A stretch of 64,000 nt of DNA, taken from positions 44,456,001 through 44,520,000 of the forward strand of contig NW_024704743.1 of NCBI RefSeq assembly GCF_018977255.1. The letters run 5' to 3'. Under the pieces are notes generated by a model that was given only the letters and a program-made list of their open reading frames with translations, was not told the origin of the DNA and ran no database searches. The DNA comes from Callorhinchus milii. Lineage: Eukaryota. Made by a program: the position numbers and the translations under genes. This document shows, piece after piece, positions 27,131 to 41,045 of the stretch (positions are counted from its first letter, which is position 1; each line of letters begins with the position of its first letter).

Positions 27131-29479
27131 ATCAAGAAGCATGCAAATATTTTGGGTTTGTTAATGTACAGTTGCACCAAAAGCATGGTTTCTGGTAAGT
27201 ACTAGTATAAGTGAAGTAATGATATTTCTCCTCAATTACTGAGGGGACAATATAATTTATATTCATGTGTCTTGAAATTGGAGGTGCGCAGAAAGCTGCC
27301 AAGATAACATGCATAAAATATTTTCTGTATTGAGATGTCTGTGGTCTGCAGAAATGCCCAGTATCAAGTTTTGCTTCAATGCATATGACTGACCTTGGAG
27401 AAGTACAAAGCTAGATAAATGCCTTCACGAGAGGAGGAGGGAAAAAATTGGCAAGGAAAAAATTTAACAAATCTGTAAGTTGTACTGATGTGTAAATCAT
27501 TATCCTTTACTTTGTCAACATTTCAAAGATGTGACATTTTACACACCAGGATTAAATCTCTTCCTCTTTTTGAGTATTCCCTTAACATATCTATTTTGGA
27601 GACCCTATGCTATGAAACCATTGCTCTGTTAGCCTTGGGATGGTTGTTTTGAGTATCACTGTGAAGTTGGATTGCAGAGTAGGAAAACAATCTTTCCCCT
27701 GAGTACACACAGAAGAAATTGAATATTCTGGCGATCTTCCAAACAGCCCTACAGTGGTATGTTTTCAATTTATTTTGAATATTGCTTGCATTTAGACCCC
27801 ATCTTAACATCTTGCACCCTTTGAAAAAGTTGTAAATCATTTTTATGCTGATTTAACAAACCTGGAGGCAGTGTCCCACTTTGACTGTAATAGTTTAATT
27901 TATGAATAATAAAAGGTTTCATGCCCATAATCATTTTTTCATGGTAACTGATGTGTACTTAACTGGGTCAAACAGGTTAACCACATTGAAGGGTGTAATT
28001 GAAGCTGATAACTCATCTATAAATCTGATTTGTGGAACCCCAAAACATCATTTACAAATCTGTAAAGAACTCGAGCAGCAGAATCTGTACAGAAGGTTCA
28101 TGTGCCCAGCTAAAGGTATTCGTGAGTGTCATCTGGCCATGATCCATTTCTGCATTTGACACATATCACTCCAGGATGAAGTTTCAGTTCAATTTTTAAG
28201 AGTAATAAAGATCTAAGTGTGATTTATCTGCCTGTTACCACTCCCTCCCCCGCCAATATTAAAATACTTTTCAAAAGCTGAACTGAGCACTGTAATCACA
28301 TGATCATCGTCATTCTACATCTTTTGTTATTCAGAGATGACCCTTATTCCTACTCAATACAGTACTTGTAAATTCTGGCTAATGCTTAAATTGCAAGTCT
28401 TGCTGATGTGAGCGCTTCCTACACCGTTGGGGTAGTGATTAAGACATTGGTCTGCACAAATTGGCTGCCAGAAAATACACAATCGCTACACTGGAGCCTC
28501 CACAGAACCGAGGCAACACCAAAGTAAAAATAGCAGAGGTGGGAAAGCAGCATGAAAATAAAGTAGCCTGACACTCATGTAGTGCTATTTCGAAGAAATA
28601 TGGAATCTTTCTGCTGCTTATCTTGGCTTGTATTAGTCTCCTTATCCAAATTTCCTCCCAAGATAATATTAATTGGTGTCTCATGTCATTGTTGTTTGCG
28701 CAATGGCACAGTATAGCTGCCGTATTTACCTTTATGTCAATATTCATTTCATTTCCAATCCGCTATATTTTTTAAAAGCACTTTGAGCCATTTAGTTAAC
28801 ATGGAAAGCTTATATAAATGCTCTATCTCGCTTATTTTGCTGCAGTCCCATGTGGTTTCCAGCAAGTAATGTGTGACAATAGGTGACAGTGTTATGTAAT
28901 ATATTCAATGATCCCCTGTACATTTGCTGTCCTGGTGCTCATTTGTACACCATGTACACCATGTACAGTGCTAATTTAATTGGATTTGGACCCATGTATT
29001 TCCTTTCATTCTCAGGTTGAACTTAAATTTCCTATTAGCTTTGCTCTACACGCTATGCTACCTTTATTTGGTTTAAAGTAAAATCTCACTGGGCACAAAT
29101 GGTTAGGGTTTGAGAACCAAAAACATTTCTGATCTCTGTGATGGAAAGGTGATAATGAGAGGACAGCATACCTCCACAGGATGAGTCCTCCTGGACTACT
29201 TCCATGTACAGTATAAAAGTCAAACAAACAAAATATCTGTGTATGTTCAGTGTAACAATGAATAAGCCTGTTTAATGGTAGAATAACATGTATTTCTTCC
29301 CTTCCCCGATCAAAAGCAAAACTGAAAAATACAAGGCTTGCCATTAATACATTTTGAGGCTGCAACTCGGAGTGGCAAATTAATGGGGTTCTCAAGAGAC
29401 TCTTCAAGGTCCTACAACCTTAAATATCAATCATCTCCCTAACACCCTGCAGCTGGTTACTGGAAAACTCCCTTCTCTT

Positions 29480-29810
29480 TTAGCGCTTTGAGATGCTTCA
29501 AACCACATGAAGAGTGCTATATAAGTGCAAGTTGTTGTTGCTTAGAATAGTGCCATGGGATCTTCAGCATCCACCTGAATAATCAGGTGGGATCTTAGTT
29601 TAACATCTCACCCAAAGAACCCCAAAAATCTTCAAAAAATGCAGTCCTCCTCCTTGCCAAACTCCTTGTCTTGACATTGAGTTCATTGTCTGGGCTTACG
29701 CTCCCAACTATTTTGGAATATCAGCCTAGACTATGAACTCAAGGTCATGACAAGGGGTTTGAACCTACAAATTACACACGAGTGCAATCAACTGAGCTCG
29801 ACTGACACCA
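29480..29810 (-). mobile_element. Deu-type SINE fragment, preceded by a short + strand L2 tail
   Basis: gaatagtgccatgggatcttcagcatccacctga and tttaacatctcacccaaaga are the reverse complement of the Deu-like block. Confidence 0.65.
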
Positions 29811-31881
29811 TGAGGCAAGTTAATAACTGATTGATCTTAAGGTGAGATAAGAAATGCAGGACGCAATCTAACGTTGGTGGTTTCCTTTTGTGATCTTATT
29901 TACTGTGCCCTCGTTTGCATCAATTCACAAAATGCCGTTTAAATGCAGTGTGGAATCAGGTTAACCAAAAAATAAGAGATGACGTGCATGAATTGTTCCG
30001 TTGGTGTACTAAGTGAATTCAAACCAATGCTTGGCCGAATACCACTCATCTTGTGCAACGTTTCTGTGTTGTGGTTACTTCCTCTCTTCTATTTTGACAC
30101 ACTCACAGTGTGTGGGGATTCTTGTACCTTTCAGATTGATTTCTTCAGTACAGTTCAACAGCAGGAGGGGGGGATGTTTCCCTGTCATTTTTAAGTCTTA
30201 CGTTGCTGTGCTTGAACAGTCTACTTTAACCCGAGTGTTTTGTTTGTAGGATCACCAGTGCAGGACCTGAGGTTATACAGTGGGTGGAATAAGGCTGGTC
30301 CTAGGGTGTAGGGAGCTGGAAAATCTTGAGTTATGATAATTTTAATACATTACCCTGTCGAGAGNAAAAAACAGACGCGCTTCATAGCCATTTGAAAGGG
30401 TAGTGGTAATGGTATCGTGGGTGTGGAATAATCATTGTCTTCTGTGGCGTAGGTTGATGAAGGATAAAGACTCTGTGGGAGTGAATCAGGTGAAATGAAT
30501 TCAAGCAGGGATTCCCCTCATGATCATGTAGTTTGTTGTTTTGCCCATTCAAACTTTTGAGCACAGTTGTGTTAGAAAGGATCAAAATGTTCATTCGTGT
30601 GATTTCCAAGCCATTGTTTGGTACACATCTCGTAATTGTTTTCACTAGCTGTGAACGGTCTCCATAACTCCATCCGTCTGATGCCCTATGCACTTTCAGG
30701 ACCAATTGAATGTGAGTTGCTTGTGGACCAATTCCATTGACAGTGTGTTACTGGTGGAAACTTATAGAATCAAAATTATAGGACAAAGGAGGCCATTCAG
30801 TCAGCTTAGCCTGGCTCAGTCAGAGGCACTCATGCCTCTACCTCTGAGTTAGAAAGTTTGGGTTCAAGCCCCACATTGAGTCTTTGAACTCCTAGTGCAG
30901 GTTCACATACAGTGCTTTCACACCTTGGCATCTCCCTACCTCTCAGACACACTCAGACCTCTCCTCTGCCCACCCCTTTGCTCAGCGAACCACAGGCCTG
31001 TTACACATCCCCTGACCCCTTAGCACTACCATCACGGCGTTGACTACATCCCTAACCAGAACTTCCTACCTCGATCCTTCCACCTAACACCCTCTTTACC
31101 TTTAAATCCTATCTCTTTGACCACACATATAGTTAGCTCCCCCTCCCCATTCTCCTTTGCTTGATATTTAACCCTGCCACTGTGCAGCTCAGAGACACTG
31201 TTGCGTGAAGGGCTGCGTGAAATGCTCTAACCACTGAGCTACAGGACTCCACGTCTTTATATTGTTTCTCTTGAATTGCCTATCCAATTCCCTTTTTAAA
31301 TGTTACAATCTCAGCCTCAATAACTACTTCTCCAAACCTCCCCCTTAACCTTACCAATGACAATCCTAACTTTATGCTTTCTCATTATCAAATTACTATC
31401 CAATGAGAATAATCTGTTACTATTATTCGTATGAACACCTTGCAGCATTTTGAAGATCTGTTACATCCTCTCTTAACCTTCTGGTGAAAAATGGCAATTT
31501 TTCAGGTCCATCTGCATAACTACCATCTTTTTTGGTCACTCAGTTGTCTTAACATATGCAGAAAACCATCACCATGCTTAAGGGTATCCAAAACAGGCTG
31601 CGAATTCCATATATATATGCCACCTACTCATGGAAATTTCACTGTGTTTGGAATGGAATGAGCAACAACAACAGATGAACAGTCTTTGTCTCTGAAGGGA
31701 TGCACCCTACTTACCTAACTTCAGAGTATTGGTGAGAGCCGAGGCTTGGGGACCCCAGAATGACCACAGAAACCATTTTGTTCCTTCTCGGCTCTGCTGG
31801 TTTTGTTCTGGTTGCTGGAAGATATGTAAGTTGACTCAAGTCAGATCCATGAAATATACATGGTCCCTGCCCTAACCACCC

Positions 31882-32180
31882 CAACAACAACAACAACACG
31901 ATTGCATTTATAGAGCGCCTTTCACGTCGGGAGGACGTCCCAAGGCGCTGGACAGTTGGGTCGGGACCCGAGCAGGGGGCAACTGGTCAGGGTGAGGGGA
32001 GGGAAGGGAGGGAGCGAGGAGGGGGTAGAGAGTCGAGAGGGGAAGTGAAGGCACAGTTGAAGAGAAAGGTCTTGATACCGGCCTTGAAGGAGGAAAGGGA
32101 GGAAGCAAGGCGAAGGCACTGGGGGATGGAGTTCCAGAGCCCAGGGGCTGAGATGCTGAAAGCCCAGCCTCCTATTGTGA
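31882..32180 (-). mobile_element. L2 LINE 3' fragment (tail type A)
   Basis: (CAA)5 followed by gcgcctttcacgtcgggaggacgtcccaaggcgctggac-like tail. Confidence 0.9.
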
Positions 32181-33699
32181 AAGTCTTGATATAAATGTAA
32201 ATTGGTGTTGTCTTTTTCTCTTAAATCACCACTCGGTGCTAACTTCCCGATGGACGACCTGGGACTGGCAGATTGTCACGTGACAAATTTTTGGCCACCC
32301 CACCCTCATCCTTCAATCTGTTTTAATTTTGTTTCCAACTCGTCCTGCTCAATCTCACCATGTAGTATGAAAGCTGCCAAAACAAAACGTACGGACCACA
32401 AACTTGGTTCAAACAATAACATTATCTTCTGGATTCAGAGTTGCCTGCTTATAGAGAGTTTGTCTTCAGAGAAAGGAAATGGCGACAGAGCTTTTAATGT
32501 AACAATCTTTTAGAAGCGTAGACATTTTCTGCACAGAAAGAGCCAATTAGCACACTATGTCTGTGCCACTGATGTCTATTTTTCTGAATCGCCCTTTTTT
32601 TAAAAACAATAACCTCACTTATCCAGTTACCTTTTGAATCGTTCAATAGCTACTGCTGCTGATGATTTCCAAATTAATACAGTACAACGCCATTATCCCT
32701 TGGGTTCATTTATAGCGCAAGTGACATGTGGACCCCATCCTCTGTTTATGCGCTACAATGGCTAATTCCTGGGTCATGAGGTTACCACAGACATTGTTCT
32801 GCGGGGCACAAGATGTGACGTGGCAGCAGTTCAATGATCCATCAGTTAGCAATTTCAGCTGGCAGTTAGATCATGACGTTTTCCTCGTCATTTCGTGCCC
32901 ACTGTGGATTCAGGAAATGATGTTGGCAGCAATCGCATAACCTAAAAGTCAGCCATTTGTTTAGTGTGTAGGAATGGCCAGCCATAAGAAGCAGTTTGAC
33001 CGCACAATGCAAACAGCTACCCGGCCCCATTGTAATGTGAGTTGGGATATTGTGATTACAACCACTGTTTTATAACTGTGCTCTGTTGTATATTAACAAC
33101 AACAACAAATTACATATGTATCACGTTTGCACATCAGGAGGACGTCCCAAAGAGCTGACATTTCAGTGCAGCACATCTACATATGTCACTGTATTTTACA
33201 TTTATTTCCTCTTCCCTCCTATTCCCCTGTAGCATTTGACTGCGATTGATACAAATCAATTAATTTCACAGTATAGTCAGTGAAACACTTTGAGGCATCT
33301 CAAAGACATGATAAGGCGCTATATCAAATGCAAGGATTATTATTATTAAATCATCCTCAATGACCATGGCTTGAACCCACTCTGGGCTAGGCACTATTCA
33401 TCACTTTGACAAATTTATGTGATTTGACTAATATCTACCAGGCGATTGATTCGACAGATGAATCTGATGCCCATCTTCTTACCGGCTTGTGAAATCACTC
33501 ACACAAATGGTTTCACAAAGCCGCCAGTATGTAAATAAATGTCTCTCCTGACTGCTTTCACCTTTCCACATAATAGCTTTCACTTGACAGAAATGGGTTG
33601 ATAAAATAGGATTTCTTAGAAGACTAAAATTGTATTTCTGAATTAGTGGGTGTGGTGACCTAATGTATAATTTCAGTCTAGCATAGCTACTTATGTCCC

Positions 33700-34110
33700 T
33701 TTTTTTTAACTCTACTCTGTATCCCCTGAAATCTCTGATTCTGGCTAATGTACAGATCCATCCGTGTCAGGTGCCCTCCAGTTCTTCACCCAAGTGGCCA
33801 TTCTTCATGCCTGGATTGTGTCAGTCGGCTACTCAAGCATGAAGAGAATCACAGTGAAACACAATCCTGTTTTCTCTGACAACTAAACACATATTTTACA
33901 GGAGGGGTTGGGGCGAGATCAGGGAGAGGAGGGGAGTTGTTAGATAACAATCCCCTTAGTGCTAGGCAGTCTGTGGCATACTGAGGCAATCAGAATATCC
34001 CAAATACTGCCTTGTTTTGACAGCTCTTAACTCAGTATACACCAGGAATTAAAACTAACACCTTCAGCTATCTAGGGTTTAGTGCTACTTCAGGTTCGAA
34101 ATCCACTGGA
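33700..34110 (-). mobile_element. LF-SINE-like element
   Basis: ccctccagttcttcacccaagtggccattcttcatg, atcacagtgaaacacaatcctgt, ctgaggcaat and taactcagtatacaccaggaatt occur in consensus order. Confidence 0.7.
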
Positions 34111-35604
34111 CCGTCAGCAATTGTGTTCTTGTTTTTAGCGAAGTGCAGTTTGAGTCCTTTACAGAACTAGCTAAATGGCTATATTTATTTAATAGCTGTG
34201 TATTTCTTTTAGCTGTGGCAGGAAAAGATGTTCCGTTAAATGAAGTACATGTTTCTCAGCATTGACCAGAATATTACCCTGGTGTAGGAGGTAATTAGGT
34301 TTGTAGCTTGAGATGGATGAAGGACTGTCAATGTGCTTATGTCAAGTACGTTCTGAACAGCCAAGAAGCACAGGTAGATAGATCCTTACATAGAGTGGTC
34401 TTTCTAATGGGAAACATAAGGTTATGAATTCTCTGAACATTTAAGCAGAGTTGGAGATGAGAAGTTAATTAAAATGGAATCACACTCAGATGCTTAAAGC
34501 ATTGGAGATCAGTGCTGTATTTACCTTACATGGACACATCAGCCTGTTTGGAAATGTAAACCTTGCTGGACATAACTACAAAATGTGTTAGTTCTCTGAG
34601 GTAATGCAGCGAGTGTTTGTGACCGTGTTGCTTCAGGAATAAAACAATAGTAAGAAAGTACTGGTAAGATTAGAAAAATGTAAACATTTGTTTTTTTTGC
34701 AATATAAATAATGTGGCAGATGGAGAAAAAGGGCCACGCTCAATTTGATGAGCACTGCCTAAGAAGGTATGAATGTTAATGATCAGGCTGGTAATTAAAG
34801 GAGCATCCTATTTAAATGAAGAAAAGTTATTCCATTGAAATGAAGGAATTGGGGGGAGGTAAGCGGATCTCTATTTTCCTGAACCACCTATCAGACTGGT
34901 TCGGATACTTTTAATCATGGTGATGGGTTTCTATGTGTCAGGCACTTGGCTAACCCCCAAAAATTAAGAAAGGCTGAGCATTTATTTCAAAATCTTGTAG
35001 TTCACATCACTTAAGGTAATTCCTAATTGGTGTAACTTGATTCTTCAAAGTATGCTTTCCTTTTGTTTCTCATGGGAACATGATTAAGGCCATAATTCCT
35101 AAATTGCTTTGTGCTCTTTGCTCTCCATATGTGACATATTGAACTGTAAAGCCTCTAGTGCGTAGAAATTGCAAAATAATGGCATTTAAGCACCAAATTG
35201 GAATAAGGCACAGTTGGGTAGGCTGAGGGTGTATAGTCTCTGTAGTGTGAGGGCAGAGCTCCTGTAATTGGGGGAGAAGGTATCCTCCATGGGGTGGGGG
35301 ATGGGCAGGAGGAAAGGGGGCAAGTATCCTCTGTGGACTAGCGGGAATAGGTATTAAACTTGACGTACTAAATGATCTCAAAAGTAATTCCGTCCTTTGA
35401 AGAATTGGAAGATTTGCATAACCATAAAAATATGGATAATTGTCTTGAATTTTTTTTCCATTGAGCTGTTTCATCAGTTTAATGTGATTATAGTCTGTCC
35501 TTTTACTAGCTTTTTATTGAATCGATTAAAAGCCAAAGCTGTGTAATGAGCCTTTTTCCATCCGTTATCTCAGCCTTTAGAGTATGTTCTGTGAAACACT
35601 CAGA

Positions 35605-36030
35605 GGATACAGTTCAAGATCCTGGTCTTCCCCTTCAAAGCCCTCCATGGCCTTGCTCCTCCCTACTTCTCTGACCTCCTAACCCCCTACCAACCTGTCC
35701 GCTTCCTCCGCTCAGCAGGCCTGGCCTGCTTCACGTCCCCTGCCTTGCCCACCCCACCGTTGGCGAGCAAGCCTTCAGCCTCTCTGCCCCCACCCTCTGG
35801 AACTCCATCCCACAGTCCCTCTGCTTCGCCCCCTCCTTTGCCTCCTTCAAGACCCGTCTTTAAGACACTCTTCGACCGTGCCTTCTGTCACCCTCCTACC
35901 TCTACCCTCCCCAACCCCTCCACCCCTCCTGATCCCAACCACCAGTTCAGGTGCAGTTCCCTGATTGTCCAGTGCCTTGGGAGGTCCTCCTGACATGAAA
36001 GGCGCTATACAAATGTAATTTATTGTTGTT
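35605..36030 (+). mobile_element. L2 LINE 3' fragment (tail type A) followed by a SINE tail to about 36082
   Basis: ttcaagatcctgg ... ctctggaactcc ... tgacatgaaaggcgctatacaaatgtaat(ttg)n. Confidence 0.9.
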
Positions 36031-36920
36031 GACGGATCTCGACATGATAAGGTGCTATATCAAATGCAAGGATTATTATTATTTAAATGTTCAATGACGT
36101 TCTTAAAAATTCATAAGTAAAGGATTTACAGGCAGGTAAATAATGTAGTTACGTAGCACTGCTTGCTTCTTAGGTTATTAAAGCTATATAGTGCAGATGA
36201 GATTTTTGTTCCCCCCAGAGAGCCTTGACATGTGTGCAAGAGGGTGTTTTCATATGTTTCTTTTGATAAAATGTTCAAAACTAAATGTCTCTGAAAGACT
36301 ACAGATGGATAGGATAGTGATTCTTAAAAAATTCAGAGACTGAATGTCAATCAGCTCAGTCTAATATCTCTCGGCGTCCACACAAATCTCAGGATTAGGA
36401 TCTTATTGAAGTTTTGTGAGGCAAAAGATCTTGGATCATTGCTGACAGTGGCACCAATGAAAGCAATTATTTGCAGCCAGGATCAAACTAGTAAAGGAAT
36501 AGTTAGGCTCCTGGGTTAAAATCCAGTCTAGACTGCAGTTTGGGACGATCAGGGTGGAAAGTGTACATTTGAAGTGTTACTTGCTTAGCTGTCTGCAAAG
36601 TTGCACCACTTGAGAATTCATTTCCAAAGCAAGTTATTTCAGTGTACAGTGACCACTTCATACATAGAGATGACAATTGACAGATGTTACACAATGTAGC
36701 TTTTATCCATTCTGTTTTTGTCTTCCTTTCACCTCTCCCAATGCTGTTTTGTCTCCTTTTTCTGTCATTTGGAGCAGTATTTCTCAACAACTAGGTGCAT
36801 AATGAGCATATGGCCAGTACATACCAGAGTTCAGGCAAGCTCATTTTACTGAGGTTTTTTACTGGTTTGTGCATATGACAGAGAGCTGAGCACTGCTCGA
36901 CTATTATAATAAATCTTCCA

Positions 36921-37021
36921 ATGAAAACAGAAGGCGCTGGGAACACTCAACAGGTCAGGCAGCATCTATGGAGAGGGGAAAGTGAGTTAACGTTTCAAGT
37001 CAATGACCTTTTGTCAGAACT
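36921..37021 (-). mobile_element. Penelope-like element terminal remnant with a degenerate minimal hammerhead ribozyme (36985-37021)
   Basis: Minus strand AGTT-CTGACAA-A-AGGTC-ATT-GACTT-GAAAC-GTT-AACT. The flank aaaacagaaggcgctgggaacactcaacaggtcaggcagcatct resembles a common shark repeat as recalled. Confidence 0.6.
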
Positions 37022-37029
37022 AATTCTTC

Positions 37030-37305
37030 CATTCGGTATGCTGTCTCTTTTGTCAGGAGGACACCCTAAAACGCTTCACAGGATTTATTGTGAGGTGAGT
37101 GACTGCATATTTGTAGGTGAATGTGGCAGCTCAATTGTGCACAGCCATGAAACAAATGACCGTTTTGGGGGGGAGGAATCGTTAGCCAGAACATTGGGGG
37201 AATCTCCCTTCTCTTTCCTGAGCAGGCAGTTGGACCTCGGACCAAAGTGGGACTTGAACCCACAGCCTTCTGACTCAGAGGTGAGAGTGTTACCACTGAG
37301 CCAAG
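37030..37305 (-). mobile_element. Deu-type tRNA SINE, internally deleted
   Basis: Minus-strand head cttggctcagtggtaacactctcacctctgagtcagaaggctgtgggttcaagtccc with clear A and B boxes; L2-type tail. Confidence 0.85.
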
Positions 37306-40300
37306 GAATGTTCTGTTTCAGCTTCAATTCACCAAGTGCATGGAGCCTGTGCCAAAGTAACTAAATTGTTATAGAGGTCAAGAGTAGGATCAGATGACTT
37401 CACTCACACGTTTTCTGCTCCATTACCATTGTTTAGTTAAATGCTTTAAGAAAGAAATCCTCAGAAGGTTTAAAGCTACATTTATCTCAAATGGCCCGAT
37501 ACATTTTAAGATGTATTGAGCTGGTTCCTGATAGCACAGGTTGAGAGACACTGTTCTGGAACCCAGTTCATTGGGTGTCAGGTGGCTCTTGATACGTAGC
37601 TGTGTGGCATGCGTCACATCACCATCTTTACAATATGATAGTGTCAGGTCTGTGCATATGTGTGGATGAAAAGTCAATCCAGAACTCACAATTAAACAAA
37701 CTAAATGGTGCAATGTGGCATTATTATTGTTAGGGCAAACCTTTCTTTCCCCCCACCCCCCAGTGAATCGTAAATCACAAAGCTCAATTGTGTACAATTA
37801 CACACTACAAATATATACTACATACATGAGAAAGTGTAGGTCAAAGCTGGAGGGAGGAGAAGTTTTGATTGAATAAATACCCTTCTGTGTCTTTTAAGCA
37901 AAGTTGTGATGTACGGGTTCTTTTCAAAAAACAGTGAAGGAAGTAGCACTGTAAAACATCAATGTTGCAATACCTCCAGCTCAATTACATCATCTTAACT
38001 GAGTACCAGCCACTACTCTGGTACCCAGTGAAGCACAGGTACTGGGGTACATTAGTTCACCAATTAGTCACATGCCAAAGGCGTACTGTGCATGACTTCA
38101 TTTGTGTACCTTGAAATTGTAGGAAGGAACCATGGGCCCTGTAGCAGTAACTATTATAAATGGACTTTGTTCAGAAATGTTACTCTACAGGAGGTTGTAA
38201 ATTTGAGATATTATTGTTCTGCCACCTGTAATATTTCATATTTGTTTATTCTGTCTGCAGAGTATATTCTCCAGGTTAGTTATAAAGATTACCCTTTTAA
38301 ACTGGAGTGAAATTAATGCAGCAACATTTCTAAATTTGGTTCATGCTGACAATGTAGCAACATCATTAATTTGTTGATAAATATTATAAAATGTTATCAC
38401 CAGCTATCACTTGTGCTCAAATTCTGATGTGCAACTGCAGCTTTTTTTGCTTCATGCATTTCTTATTTCTTATGTGTTTATTATATTTCTATTAACTATT
38501 ATTATTTATTGTACTCACTTTACAATATATTCTGCAAAACACTTTGAGACTTCTAAAAGACGTGATCAAATGCAAAGATAATTATTATTCTGTTACCCAC
38601 AGGTTATGCTCGGATATTTTGTCTGAAATGTTGTTGCCTCCTGGGTGCTAAACATGAATATGGGGTTCATACAGAGAATACAGTACTATCAAATGTAAAG
38701 TTGGAAAAGAGAGTAGGCAGATTTTTCTTGGTGCCACAGCTCTATGTTAGATGTTTACAAAGTAGAACAGGGCTGGGATTTGTGCCACCGTGCTTGGTCC
38801 TTGCGTAAGGAAAGCCAGATATACAAGATAGTATAAGTGGTAAGTAAAGCAATGATTGAGCCGGGTTGGTCCATATCCTGAGGCCTGTTTTTTCATGAAG
38901 ATGCAGAGAGGAAGTGGCTCACCAGAGGGCACTCTGGTTTGGTACAACTACCATTATTGCTGTGTTGGAATAATAATCCAATGTGGTTCTCACTGTTGCA
39001 AAAAAATTAACGCACCATTCAGTAGTAACTGCTGTGCGCAATTGGCTGCTGGGTTTCGCCCACAAAATATACAGTCAATTCACTTTGCAGTATATTCTGT
39101 GAAGCGCTTTGAGACGTCTCGAAAACATGATAAGGCGCTGTATCAAATACAAGGATTATTATTATTATCAGTTCAAAAGCAGACAGTGGGTGGTTAATAG
39201 TGTTTTACCCTCTGAGTTGTTTTGTGACTGGCTTTGGTCAAACGTCATTTCAATATTGTTGCATAACACAGGATGTTACAGTGCCCTGTAGCTACCAAAA
39301 AAGTTAGCAAAGAGGCTAGGTATGGTTTAAGTATATCCAGACTTGTGTTGCCTTGGCCATTTGTTGGATCTGTACAAAAGAGACCAATTCTGGCTTTTGT
39401 ACAGCTTTGTACCTTGTTCCCCCAAAGAGAGTGTATTGATGCAGTTTATTCATTCTGATTCATTTATTTTTGCACTGGTAAACCAGGCAAATAGAATAAT
39501 TTAATATTCAAGAAATCTGCCCATTTGCACATTTTGTTTCAATTTAAATCAAACTTTGACATCTTAACTATTCCCCCTCCACCCTGTTGTTAATCTACCA
39601 CAAAATAGAGCATTCAGCCCATTGTTAAGATGCCTCTTAAGGTCCATCTGGTGTAAATTATATCCATTGTTGATACTACTGTGTCCTACTTTATACAATA
39701 CAAATACAGTCTACAAATTATGTAGCCCCTTTCACATCGGGAGGAAGTCGCTTGACAATTCTGGCAGGGCACTGGAGCTGGGAGGTGAGGGGGGGAAAGT
39801 TGACCAAAAGCGTGTTTAAAGAAGTACGTTTGAAGATGTATCTTGAATTAGGAGAGGGAGAGGAAGTTGGAGTGGCCTGGGAATCGAGTTCCAGAGCACG
39901 GGCGCCAAACTTATACTTTGCTCACACTGACTTGTTGAAAATGGTCGCTCATTATCCTTACTTGTAAAATGGTCTACATATCGCCTACAATGCACAGTCA
40001 CTTCATTTGAAGCCAAATAATAGAAACTGCTATAGATTCCCTCTGTGTGTTGTGTACCAAAGAAAGATTGAAGTGAGATTTGGAGACTCATTTTTAAATT
40101 ATTTAATTTAGGTTAACATTTTTAATGAGGGTTTCAAATACTAGTTATGCCTACCTAGTTATATTGTATTCTAAAACTAGTAAGCACTCTGAGACACTAT
40201 TCTGAGTAAAGGGTACTATATAAATAGACATTGTTGTTGTAAATTTGGAGAGGGGATGGTAAGGGAGCAAAGTAGTTGTCAATCAGTGAAACGACTCAAG

Positions 40301-40394
40301 TTTCATTAATGTGCATCTGGCAACTGGAATTCGTGGAATTGCCAGCAATAACATAAAACCTCAGCTCAGTGCTTAAATAGTTGATCTTTAATAC

Positions 40395-41045
40395 AGCAAC
40401 AACTTGCCCTTATATAGTGCCCTCCTTGCAGGGTAGCATCTCAGAGCGCTTAACAGTGGCGAAGCCTGACTCCGAGCCNGGGGGGAGTGGGGAGGTGGCC
40501 ATGAACACGGTCAAAGAGGGAAATTTTCAGGGGAGAATTGAAAGAGAGGAGGGGGCAAGACAGAGGGATTGAGGGACAGTGTTCCAGAGTTTTGGGGAGT
40601 AGTGGCTGAAAGCACGACCTCTGATGGTCATTCAGCAGCTTGATGGCTGTATCAGGATCGCTGCGGGAGGGCCAGAGGGAGAGGAGGTCCGAGGAAGAGG
40701 GGGCATTTGTGAGGGATTCAGGGGGAAGCTTTTTCCAGTGGCGAAAAAAAATGGAGGGGGATGTGGGAGGAGAAGGAAATGGGGAAGTGGTCCGAGATGG
40801 CCTTGTCCGTGATAGACAGGTTGGAAATGTCAAGGCCATGCGTGATGACAAAGTCGAGGGAGTGGCCATGGTTGTGGGTTGATGTGGAGGGTGAGGTTCA
40901 GGGAGGAGAGAAGGGCAGTGAAATCCGAGGAGCTGGTACAAAAGGAGTTTAGGTGGAGGTTGAAATCACCCATTATGAGCATATGTTCAGTGCAGAGGGA
41001 CAGGGGTGAAAGAAGAGAGGAGATATTGGTGAGGAAAGAGCCAGG
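40395..41045 (-). mobile_element. L2 LINE with an endonuclease-domain segment joined directly to the 3' end
   Basis: Minus-strand LIMGDFNLH (AP-endonuclease GDFN motif) lies about 350 bp from ORF2 C-terminal and tail type B sequence. Confidence 0.8.

Noticed and set aside
8875..40479. Single N bases at 8875, 23372, 30365 and 40479
   Set aside because: Each adjoins a homopolymer run; sequencing or assembly ambiguity rather than biology.
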